From the human T2T-CHM13v2.0 reference genome, Homo sapiens: a stretch of DNA of 64,000 bases. The stretch lies in NCBI RefSeq assembly GCF_009914755.1, contig NC_060944.1; one strand, written 5' to 3'. Both the position numbers and the translations under genes were made by a program. Below, piece after piece: positions 41,837 to 53,257 of the stretch. Below the pieces are notes generated by a model, which was not told where the DNA came from, did not search any database, and worked only from the letters and a program-made list of their open reading frames with translations. Each line of letters opens with the position of its first letter. The stretch's first letter is position 1.

Positions 41837-42300
41837 ACGGGAAGCCCCGAACCACGGGCCAACTGGGAAGTTGATGGTCGGCGAGACCAGCCCATCCTAA
41901 TTTGGGGTTCCTGGTCCTGCTCCAGGAGTCCTACAGCCTGCAGCCCCTACCAGAGAGGGAGGACTGAACAGCAAGGGGGTGTGTGGGTCTGAGTATCAGG
42001 GTCCTGGGGAAGAAGCAGGCCTGGCTCGTAGAGTAGAAGACTCGGTGCCGGCAGTCAGGAGGCCCTGCTCCTGAAGCCTCTGTGACCTTGGGCACGGCCT
42101 TCACTCTGTCTGGGGCACATTCACTCATCTGGAGAACACAGGGTTGGACTGATTACTTTTAGCCACTCCTGACAGTTGTGGTTTTAAGTTGGGTGGTGGG
42201 AACCTGTGCACCAGCCCTATTCAATTCACTGGTGGAGGCAGCCGTGGTCTGCCAGGCCCTCGCTCCTGGGGTGTCCTGCCGAAGGGTGAGAAGAGAAGCC
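41837..42300 (+). other. SNPH: Candidate 5'UTR part of the long first coding exon (long-isoform acceptor)
   Basis: Strong acceptor gtcttgtctcccctgtag| at 41836. An exon starting upstream of 42301 is needed to use that ATG. Confidence 0.55.
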
Positions 42301-42482
42301 ATGCCGGGCAGCGGCCCCAGCGAGAGGATGACGTGGCCTGGCCCGGCCCTTTCTGCGGGCCCCCCAACCCGCCCTCTCTCCTCAGCCCCCGGGATACCGC
42401 CCATCCCACCCCTTACTCGGACCCACAGCCTCATGGCCATGTCCCTGCCAGGAAGTAGACGGACCTCTGCTGGATCACGCAG
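42301..42482 (+). CDS. SNPH: SNPH first coding exon (long start ATG 42301, short start ATG 42433)
   Basis: GCC-ATG at 42301; MPGSGPSERMTWPGP...MAMSLPGSRRTSAGSR; donor AG|GTGAGT at 42482/42483. Confidence 0.93.
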
Positions 42483-44863
42483 GTGAGTCTCCCCCTCGCT
42501 CACAGCCTAGGCTTCGGAGGGCGGGAGGAGGGCGCACGGGCCTCTCTCTACCTGCCACCAACTTGCAGTATGTGTTTGAGCAAATCATTTCCCATTCCCA
42601 TCTTTAAAATGAGCTTGCTAACACCTGCCTCCTCCTGGAACTATTTAATGGCTCAAATGACACAGTGGATGTGAGAGTTCTCGGAAGGTGTAAACCACTG
42701 GATTCCTACCAGCAGTAGCCTCATCAATATTGTTTGATTTTCACAACGACTGGAGGGGAATCGTGCAGTCATCCACTCAGACTCACTTGGTGTCCCTTGG
42801 TTTTTACCCCCGAGGCTCCTCCTCCTGTCCCCACCCCTGTCTGCCCCATTCTTCTCCACCTCTGTCTCAGTCTATGCAGGGATCTCCTCTCCTGGGTTTG
42901 GGGAACCCCAGAAGTTGAGGACCTTGATAAGAGCATATGAGGCCCCACCCTTGCCCTGCAGCCCTGCCGGCCCCCATTCTTGTCCCTGGGGAGCCAGGAG
43001 GACCAGCCTTCTTCTGGTTTTCCATCTTGATTTGCACTGTCTGTTCTGTCACCCCTGTCTGTGCGTCTCTCTCTCCCTGCTTCTCTCCCCTGTGGTGACC
43101 CCAAAGCGGGGGCACTTTGGGCCGCAGCGGCCTGGCAGTGTTCGCCCAGTGTCCGCAGCTGCCCGCCAGCCAGAACGAGCACCTGCCTCTTCTTCCTGCC
43201 TCCAGGCGCACCTCTCCACCTGTGAGCGTGCGGGATGCCTACGGCACCTCTTCGCTCAGCAGCAGCAGCAATTCTGGCTCCTACAAGGGCAGTGACAGCA
43301 GTCCCACGCCAAGGTAATTGGCCCCTCCTCTCTGGGCCTGGCCCTGCTGGCTGGGAACAGGTTGTCCTGGGGTGGGAGAGGTAAGGGAGCAGGGTCGTGT
43401 TCTAACCACCCCTGACGCCAGCATAGCCGCTGGCCGTGTGACCTTGAGCAGATCATTTCTCCTTTCTGAGCCTCAGTTCCTGTCTGTAAGATGGATATGA
43501 TAATATACAGCTGGACATAAAAAAATACAGTGGCCTAAACAAACTAGGGGTGATACTTGCAGAACAAGGAGCCAGGGGTCAGCAGCTCCCTGAAGTGTCA
43601 GGGACCCTGTGTCTTCTCCCGCTGCTCCACCATCCTTGGTGTACAGCTTTTGTCTTTGTCATCACAGGTGGCTTCTGTACCTCCAGGCATCAGGCCTGCC
43701 CTCCAGGAAGGAACAGGTGGAAAGGACCAAAGCCCTTCTCAGAGATTGTTTTTCTGAGAGGGACAGCTTGCCCCCAAATCCTGCCAGTTCTTGCTGGCCA
43801 GAACTGGGTCATGTGAATAACTCTAGCTGCAGGGCCAGTTAGTGTCTTCCCCACAACAGTACCACCCCAGACAAAATGGGGGTTCCGCTAGGAAGAAAGC
43901 AAGATGAGTATTGGGAAGCAGCCTGCAGTGTCTACCATCATGCACTTCTCAGGGGAACACTTTGAGAGTGGCAGAGGTGGAACTGGCTTGGAAGGCGAAA
44001 TGTTACGAATGCAGCAGATGCCAAGTTGTAGTCTTGAGTGAGGTGAACTCGGACTCACAAAGCAGGATCATGTTGGAGAAGCAGGTGTAGGGGAGCTGTA
44101 GGTCCTTGAAGACCAGGAAGGAAGAGCTGTCATGGTAGGCCTTGTCCTGCTTCCCCAGCATTGAAATACAAGTGGGAGGTTGGGGCGTGTAGGGAACGAG
44201 CATAGGCTCTGGATTTGGTCTCTTCCTGTCTTGAGCCTCCATTTCCTTTCTTTAAAGTGGAGCTAATAACTCGGAAGCTTCGGTGACTTGATATCTACAC
44301 ACCGCCTGTGCATCCTAGTTGGCCAATAACTGATACCTCCTGTTGTTAGAGCTTTGATCTGACTTAAGGCCAGGAGATGCCCAGCCTGTGGCTCCCATGG
44401 CTGGAGCACCTCCTGGGAGGACTCAGTGGAGAGGATGTCATTTGTGTGAAGCGATGTCCAGAGCCACTGAAACAGCAGCTGTTAGATTTCTATCGTGACA
44501 CACATGATGGGTAACACCCATGTGCAGGACTCATGCCCCAGCATCCTGGCTGTAACACCACCCCAGAGACTGGGGGACATAGGAGTAAAGCATTAATTTA
44601 CATTTTGAAAACTATATAATTGGCAACTTTAATCTTTTCTATTAGTAACAGATTTTGTAACACACCTCGTAACTGCAGCCCATGGAGGTGATCCCAACCC
44701 CAGGGCTGAGAATTGCTCCCAGCAAAGGGTCTTCTTCCCCACAACAAGGGTTCCTGCCCCTGGGTGAGCAGTGGGGCCACAGTTAGGTCCCCTCTGCAAA
44801 TAGCCAGGCTTTCCAAGGCAGGAACAGCTGAGAAACATGCGTCACAGCGTATTTTTTTTCTAA

Positions 44864-44913
<50 letters not shown>

Positions 44914-47900
44914 CATATTTTTTTTTTTACAAAGAGCTAGTGACTAAAAATGTACACGTGTTAAATTTTATATCGGGGAAAATATTCATGAAAGCAAAAT
45001 GAAAAGAATGTAAAATAGTTACTTCCTCTCTAATCCTCAATCCTTACTAGTTTAGCTAACCTTGGGTCCCCCACTCCTACCACCCCTTGCCAAGGGGTGA
45101 CTCCTCCGCCCCTTGCCAAGCAGAGAGGAGACCTGCGTGACTTGGCTTGAGTTGACCTAGGGGCCATGACGTGAGTACATAGAAGAAAACCACTTCTCAT
45201 TCCACTTCTATCACCACTTTCTCTTTGACAGTTTACGACTTACAAGTACTTTTTCCTCGGTAAACACCATACAGCTTCCATGGAACTTTTAAAATTGCCT
45301 CCAGCTCGGCTGCTTCAGCAAATGGGCCTCACCAGGGCCTGCCTTTTCCAGGCTCATAAAGGGACATTGCCCCTCCCTAGACCTGCCAGTCACTCTCCCC
45401 TCAAGGAGCAGAGTTGGATGGCAACAAGGCCTGAGTCTCTAGTCGCGAGATACATGCCCAGGTTTTAAGCCAAGATCCAAGGTTTCTGTTTGAGCAAAAC
45501 AACCAGCAGCCAGGACACTGAGAATAGAGCTGGCTGGGCCATAGTCTGTTGTGGAATTGGGGCATTCTCCTTCCCCGTGAAAGCCTGGCCCTCCCTCCTC
45601 CACTGGCACCTGACTGCCCTCTGGGTGGAAATTCCTTCTCCTTTGCCCTGGTAGGGCACCATGTCAGTGCCGCCCTGTGCTGGGAGCAGTGCACTTCCAG
45701 CCTGCTGCCACCCCAGAGTACTGCAGTGGACAGGTCCCTGCCCAGAGCCGGCAGGTGTTCACGTTTGTGCTCCCATGTGCCCCCGGAGGTGAAAGTGTGA
45801 ACATGTGCCTGGGCTGGTGCCCTAGTATGTGTGAGTACCTGCGAGGCACAAGTGTGTCTCCATGTATGTGGGCATGCAGGTGTGAATGGACTGGGAATTG
45901 ACATCCCAGGAAGTGTGCGTGCATGTAGTGCTCACCCACGTGTACGCAGTGGGGGTGAGGAGTGAGAGTGCCAGGGCGTATATGGAGACAGCTGTGCCTG
46001 CGCGTGTCTGCCCTCCCTGTCCCCAGGCTGTGAGGGGTCTCAGCTCTAGAGAGGAGAGCTTCTGCCTCCACCTGGGAGATGTATCCTGCTGTGTGGGGGT
46101 GAGTCCTTGTCTGCCATGCAGACCCAGCATCTGCCACTTACACCTCAGTTTCCAGCCTTCAAACTCATTCTCCAGGTTGGAAGACGAGGTACCTGGGTTC
46201 TGGGGCACACTACCGGGATTGTCTGAGGGGCTCGGGGCAAGAGCTAACCTCTCTGAGGCCAGCGGCCCCTCTAAAAGATGAAGACAGTCCCTACTTCAGG
46301 GCTGCTATAAGGATTGATGGCGTTGGTCAAGTGCTTGGCCTGGTTCCAGGTTTACACATATGCTCTGGGATATATCTCCCCACCCAGCCCTAACTAGAGG
46401 AGCCCTGAAGCCCGCTTCCTGACATGATGGTCTTCACTTAGAGGAACTCTACTAAAACCCACCTTCCAGAAGGCTGGGGGTTCTCCTGCCTTGTGTGGGA
46501 GGCCTGGCTTGGAGCATCTGGTGGCCAGGGATGGTGAGGCTGGTGTCCCCTTGCTCCCCAGAGGTAAAGCACCTGTGCCTTGCCTGACCTCTTCCTCCCT
46601 CCCTGATGATGGGCGTCCCCTTGCAGGCGCTCCATGAAATACACGCTGTGCAGTGACAACCATGGCATCAAGCCCCCGACCCCGGAGCAGTACCTGACCC
46701 CCCTGCAGCAGAAGGAGGTGTGCATCCGGCACCTGAAAGCCCGGCTGAAGGACACACAGGACCGGCTCCAGGACCGGTGAGCGGGTGGCCACGAGCAGCC
46801 CTGGGGGTACCCCACCAGCTCCACACTCAGGGAAACCAGGGCTCTGGGGTGCCTCTTGGAGGGAGGAGTGGCTGGGGGTCTCCCAGCATCCGTCTGCTCT
46901 CTCCTTCCCAGCAAAGCCTCATTTGAGCCCACTTGCAGACCCTCATCCCCAGCAGCTACTCACCTTGACTGCTCCACGAGGCTGTTGGGGGCCAGGCGGG
47001 AGCAGTTTCCCATGAGGGCCTGTCCTGTGGGGCCTCCTGCCTGTGCTGTCCTTTCCCAGCTTCAGCCTGGCAGCTCCTTTGGCTGCTTCTTTTCCTCTGG
47101 CTCCCATCTTCCAGGAGTTGGAGCACAGGGCTTCTTTCTGACTTACTTGCCTCTTTTGGGGGAGAAACAACTCTTTATCCTTCCTCGCTTCCTCCTGAGT
47201 GAGTCACCAGAGGGCTTGTGGCCAACCTCGACTTCAGGCCCCAGAAGCCATCTACTTCCTGCTGTGGAGGATGATGATGAGAAGCCTTTTGCTGAGCTCC
47301 TCCCCAGCCCAGGTGTCTCCCAGGAGCCCCCGCAGGCCGTCTGAGCTCATTCTCAAGTGCTTAATCCCAACCCTCCCAGCTTCTACCCTCCAAGCCCAGT
47401 GGCTTCATCTTTGTGATCTACACTTCAGGGCGTCGATCTCCCATTGTCTTAACTATCCTTCTCGGGACTGTGTCTATGCAAACATGCAGCCTATTGTGAG
47501 CTGGCCAAGGTGCTGTGTGGGGCTGGAGCTCAGAGCAGGCACGATGATCGCTCCTTTTTTCTTTTCTTTCTTTTTTTTTTTTAATACAGCAGCTTTATTG
47601 CAATGTAACTTACATACCATATAATTCACCTATCAAAAGTGTACAATTAGATGATTGTTAGTTTAGTCACAGAATTTTGCAACCATTACCACTATCTAAT
47701 TTCATAAATATTTCTATCACCTCAAAATAAACCCCATTCCCATTAGCAATCACCGCCAATTTCTAATTTCATCAATATTTCTATCACCTCAAAATAAACC
47801 CCATTCCCATTAGCAATCACCGCCAATTTCTAATTTCATAAATATTTCTATCACCTCAAAATAAACCCCATTCCCATTAGCAATCACCGCCAATTTCTAA

Positions 47901-50900
47901 TTTCATCAATATTTCTATCACCTCAAAATAAACCCCATTCCCATTAGCAATCACCGCCAATTTCTAATTTCATCAATATTTCTATCACCTCAAAATAAAC
48001 CCCATTCCCATTAGCAATCACCGCCAATTTCTAATTTCATCAATATTTCTATCACCTCAAAATAAACCCCATTCCCATTAGCAATCACCGCCAATTTCTA
48101 ATTTCATCAATATTTCTATCACCTCAAAATAAACCCCATTCCCATTAGCAATCACCGCCAATTTCTAATTTCATCAATATTTCTATCACCTCAAAATAAA
48201 CCCCATTCCCATTAGCAATCACCGCCAATTTCTAATTTCATCAATATTTCTATCACCTCAAAATAAACCCCATTCCCATTAGCAATCACCGCCAATTTCT
48301 AATTTCATCAATATTTCTATCACCTCAAAATAAACCCCATTCCCATTAGCAATCACCGCCAATTTCTAATTTCATCAATATTTCTATCACCTCAAAATAA
48401 ACCCCATTCCCATTAGCAATCACCGCCAATTTCTAATTTCATCAATATTTCTATCACCTCAAAATAAACCCCATTCCCATTAGCAATCACCGCCAATTTC
48501 TAATTTCATCAATATTTCTATCACCTCAAAATAAACCCCATTCCCATTAGCAATCACCGCCAATTTCTAATTTCATCAATATTTCTATCACCTCAAAATA
48601 AACCCCATTCCCATTAGCAATCACCGCCAATTTCTAATTTCATCAATATTTCTATCACCTCAAAATAAACCCCATTCCCATTAGCAATCACCGCCAATTT
48701 CTAATTTCATCAATATTTCTATCACCTCAAAATAAACCCCATTCCCATTAGCAATCACCGCCAATTTCTAATTTCATCAATATTTCTATCACCTCAAAAT
48801 AAACCCCATTCCCATTAGCAATCACCGCCAGTTTCTAATTTCATCAATATTTCTATCACCTCAAAATAAACCCCATTCCCATTAGCAATCACCGCCAGTT
48901 TCTAATTTCATCAATATTTCTATCACCTCAAAATAAACCCCATTCCCATTAGCAATCACCGCCAATTTCTAATTTCATCAATATTTCTATCACCTCAAAA
49001 TAAACCCCATTCCCATTAGCAATCACCGCCAATTTCTAATTTCATCAATATTTCTATCACCTCAAAATAAACCCCATTCCCATTAGCAATCACCGCCAAT
49101 TTCTAATTTCATCAATATTTCTATCACCTCAAAATAAACCCCATTCCCATTAGCAATCACCGCCAGTTTCTAATTTCATCAATATTTCTATCACCTCAAA
49201 ATAAACCCCATTCCCATAGCAATCACCGCCAATTTCTAATTTCATCAATATTTCTATCACCTCAAAATAAACCCCATTCCCATTAGCAATCACCGCCAGT
49301 TTCTAATTTCATCAATATTTCTATCACCTCAAAATAAACCCCATTCCCATTAGCAATCACCGCCAATTTCTAATTTCATCAATATTTCTATCACCTCAAA
49401 ATAAACCCCATTCCCATTAGCAATCACCGCCAATTTCTAATTTCATCAATATTTCTATCACCTCAAAATAAACCCCATTCCCATTAGCAATCACCGCCAA
49501 TTTCTAATTTCATCAATATTTCTATCACCTCAAAATAAACCCCATTCCCATTAGCAATCACCGCCAATTTCTAATTTCATCAATATTTCTATCACCTCAA
49601 AATAAACCCCATTCCCATTAGCAATCACCGCCAATTTCTAATTTCATCAATATTTCTATCACCTCAAAATAAACCCCATTCCCATTAGCAATCACCGCCA
49701 GTTTCTAATTTCATCAATATTTCTATCACCTCAAAATAAACCCCATTCCCATTAGCAATCACCGCCAATTTCTAATTTCATCAATATTTCTATCACCTCA
49801 AAATAAACCCCATTCCCATTAGCAATCACCGCCAGTTTCTCTCCAACCACCATAGTCCCTGGCAACCACTGATTTTTCTGTCTCTATGGATTTGTCTATT
49901 CTGGACATTTCATATAAATGGGATCACGCTGTATGCATGACCACATCGTTCTTGACCACAGCTCTGCCAAGCAGCCAATCCGGTTTGGATTTGTTGTGGT
50001 TTTAAACTACAGGCGGTTACGGGTAGCATTCAGCGAGCTTCATTGTCGGCAGAGGGAGGATTTCTATTTTTATTTTCCCTCATCTTCCCAATGATGCCCA
50101 GGATCTGCGTGGCCTTTTGCACTAATGCCTCAGGGAGCAGATGGCCCATCTCCCAGCTTCATTTCTAGGGCCAGCCCCATGGCTTAGAGCAGACCATCTG
50201 CCCTGTGTGGTTTGGGCAGGATGCCCTGGTGTAGGTGTGCTAACACCTTGACTCCCTGGTCACTGTCTGCCTGTTACTCCCACAGGAACCCATTGCAGGT
50301 CTTTACATGAAATACTGTCACTCTCCCCACACTCTCTCCATATGGAGTTTCATGCCTGTGCTTCCTGCAGTGGCCCACCTTCTGTTCCTCAAAGACACCA
50401 TGGCTTTTGCACCTCTGTGCTTTCGTATCTGTGTCCCCACTACTTGAGATGCCCTGCCTTCTATCTTGCTCCCTGGGCAGACTTACCCTTCAAGACGCAC
50501 TTCAGATGTGATGCCCACTGAGGCGTGGACAGGGCTCGAAGCCATGGCTCCCTGGGGTTTGGCTGGGCCCCAAGGAGAGAGAGGCAGAGACTGGCTGAGC
50601 AGATCATGCCCAGTTCCTTCCTTCAAACTCACTCTTTCTCCCAGGGTGAGGTGTGAGTGAGGAGCAGGGTGAGAGGCCAAAAGGGTTACCTAGAGTGGGC
50701 CCCCCACCTGGAGGCAGGAAGGGTGAAGGCCAAGTATCTCCTGCCCCTCAGTACCTGTTGCCTTGTCTGTTATTGGCACTCTAAGCAGCTCCAGCTGTGT
50801 CCTGATGGGTGGATGGGCCCCTTCTAGGTGACACCATTGCTGACCTTTATGGCCACTGCATCCCCTCAGCCCCCAGTCCCTCCAGCGTATTGTGGAATGA

Positions 50901-53257
50901 GATTCCTGGGCCCATTTCCTGAAGGAAAATTCTGATCTGGCTTTGAAAAGTATATGGTGCTTGATCTGGGACGGTCATTCTGCTGGGCTGATGAACCCCA
51001 GAGTGACAGGCACGGCATTTGTAGATTTTACGGATGGGAATGTAGGGTTTAGGCTGAGGGGGCTCATGTGGGCTGCCACTAGGAAGTGAGCGAAAATGCC
51101 CAGGACAGGGTTTGACGTCTCCTGGATGATTTTCCTTCTTCCTCACTGGTGTTAATCAGTCGCCATTCTGTCTCACTCTGGTTTTACCTCTAGACCTGAT
51201 GGCATATTTTTCTAACTTACCTCCCTCCCCTTGCACCCCTGGATTCATCTGTGACTCGGGAATTTGAAAAGCCTGAGCATTTCTGGACAAGAGTCTGCCG
51301 ACTATCTTGTTCACCTGGTGCTTGCCCCCGTCGCTCAGGAGTAACTCTATGCCTTTCTCGTTGATCTTTTCAGCTTTTCCTCTTTAAGATACAAGATACA
51401 AGGAGATACAAAGATACAAAGAAGCTTCTAGCATGGATAGATGAGAGCCACCCTGTTCTTATCACTCTCCCGTTCCACCCACCACTTCTCATCGCTCTGC
51501 ATGAGGGATGATGTAAAATCATCAGCCTCCCCCAACATTGAAAGCTGTCATTTCTCTCCCCTGGGGTCTCTGGCCAAATATTCCTCCACTGAAACTTTCT
51601 GCAACCTGCTTTAGTAGGTAGTAGGAGGCTACATCACTTTCTATAGAGCAGAGATTTCCTGCCTAGTTTTTGTTGTTTCACATTAAGATTTTATTAGGTT
51701 TTTATAGCAGTACCTATAAAACTTATGAGCATCTTTGTTGTCTAGTCTCTTCTCTAGATGATGGATTTGAATGTTGAGAGTTGTCGGCATTCTGGGGGTG
51801 GTGGGGTGGGGGAGGGAATGCGAGTGGTGTCTCCTCCCAACCTTTCTTCTCTCTCCAGGCAGAGGCTTCTCCTGTCTTCACCCCTCAGCCCCTCTCCCCA
51901 GCCACTCTCACTCCCCACTATAATAAGAAGGCATTGAGTTTGTCCTTCTGTTTTGGGTTCTGAGCCACAGCAGCACAGGGCCCTTCATCCTTGGCAACAG
52001 TGTCCTCTCCCTGCCTCTCCTTGGCGGTGACAGACCAGGCAGGCAGGCAGTGAGCGTGTGTGTGTCTCCTCGGCTCGCAGGGACACAGAGATTGATGACC
52101 TGAAGACGCAGCTGTCACGCATGCAGGAGGACTGGATTGAGGAGGAGTGCCACCGCGTGGAGGCCCAGCTGGCCCTGAAGGAGGCCCGAAAGGAGATCAA
52201 GCAGCTCAAGCAGGTCATCGACACTGTCAAGAACAACCTGATTGACAAGGACAAGGGGCTGCAGAAGTACTTCGTGGACATCAACATCCAGAACAAGAAG
52301 CTGGAGACGCTGCTGCACAGCATGGAGGTGGCCCAGAATGGCATGGCCAAGGAGGATGGCACTGGGGAGTCAGCCGGTGGGTCCCCTGCCCGCTCCCTCA
52401 CCCGCAGCTCCACCTACACCAAGCTGAGTGACCCGGCTGTCTGTGGTGACCGCCAGCCGGGTGATCCCTCCAGCGGCTCTGCTGAGGATGGGGCAGACAG
52501 TGGCTTTGCAGCAGCCGATGACACACTGAGCCGGACGGACGCGCTGGAAGCCAGCAGCCTGCTGTCGTCGGGGGTGGACTGTGGCACCGAGGAGACCTCG
52601 CTGCACAGCTCCTTCGGCCTGGGCCCCCGCTTCCCTGCCAGCAACACCTATGAGAAGCTGCTGTGTGGCATGGAGGCTGGTGTGCAGGCCAGCTGCATGC
52701 AGGAGCGTGCCATCCAGACAGACTTCGTGCAGTACCAGCCTGACCTTGACACCATCCTGGAGAAAGTGACCCAGGCCCAGGTCTGTGGGACAGACCCTGA
52801 GTCAGGGGACAGGTGCCCAGAGCTGGATGCCCACCCTTCAGGGCCCAGAGACCCCAACTCAGCAGTGGTGGTGACAGTGGGTGATGAGCTAGAGGCCCCA
52901 GAGCCCATCACCCGTGGACCCACCCCACAGCGGCCTGGTGCCAACCCCAACCCTGGCCAGTCGGTGAGCGTGGTGTGCCCCATGGAAGAGGAGGAGGAGG
53001 CTGCCGTGGCTGAGAAGGAGCCCAAGAGCTACTGGAGCCGCCACTACATCGTGGATCTGCTGGCTGTGGTGGTGCCGGCCGTGCCCACGGTGGCCTGGCT
53101 TTGCCGCTCCCAGCGGCGCCAGGGCCAGCCCATCTACAACATCAGCTCCCTGCTGCGGGGCTGCTGCACTGTGGCCTTGCACTCCATCCGCAGGATCAGC
53201 TGCCGCTCGCTGAGCCAGCCGAGTCCCAGCCCAGCGGGCGGCGGCTCCCAGCTCTGA
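42301..53257 (+). CDS. SNPH: Syntaphilin (axonal mitochondrial anchor), spliced CDS join(42301..42482,43206..43313,46627..46776,52081..53257), 538 aa; 494 aa from the in-frame ATG at 42433
   Basis: Exons have GT/AG boundaries and total 182+108+150+1177 = 1617 nt = 538 aa plus stop. The translation MAMSLPGSRRTSAGSRRRTSPPVSVRDAYG...CSDNHGIKPPTPEQYLTPLQQKEVCIRHLKARLK...ERAIQTD...YWSRHYIVDLLAVVVPAVPTVAWLC is recognisable as syntaphilin (coiled coil, LC8 motif, C-terminal TM). Confidence 0.97.
43206..43313 (+). CDS. SNPH: SNPH coding exon 2 (108 nt, Ser-rich)
   Basis: Acceptor cttcttcctgcctccag|, donor AG|GTAATT; RTSPPVSVRDAYGTSSLSSSSNSGSYKGSDSSPTPR. Confidence 0.95.
44866..44910. repeat. (TG)~22 microsatellite
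   Basis: Perfect TG run. Confidence 0.95.
46627..46776 (+). CDS. SNPH: SNPH coding exon 3 (150 nt, start of coiled coil)
   Basis: Acceptor ccccttgcag|, donor CG|GTGAGC; RSMKYTLCSDNHGIKPPTPEQYLTPLQQKEVCIRHLKARLKDTQDRLQDR. Confidence 0.95.
47585..49935 (-). mobile_element. L1MB-like 3' end fragment hosting the 67-bp VNTR
   Basis: Flanks agctttattg...aaaagtgtacaatt... and cctggcaaccactgat...ctgtctctatggattt...ctggacatttcatataaatgg are contiguous L1 3'-end sequence. Confidence 0.8.
47695..49840. repeat. 67-bp minisatellite (VNTR), ~32 copies, in SNPH intron, derived from an L1 3' end
   Basis: Unit tttctaatttcatcaatatttctatcacctcaaaataaaccccattcccattagcaatcaccgccaa; period 67; 2146/67 = 32. Confidence 0.97.
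52081..53257 (+). CDS. SNPH: SNPH last coding exon (coiled coil, LC8-binding ERAIQTD at 52703-52723, TM segment ~53045-53104)
   Basis: Acceptor ctcgcag| at 52080; matches the 399-aa ORF 52058..53257 from DTEIDDLK to AGGGSQL*. Confidence 0.97.

Noticed and set aside
52058-52080. Start of the 399-aa ORF as a single-exon gene
   Set aside because: The GTG start is intronic; the exon begins at 52081 and joins the upstream exons in frame.
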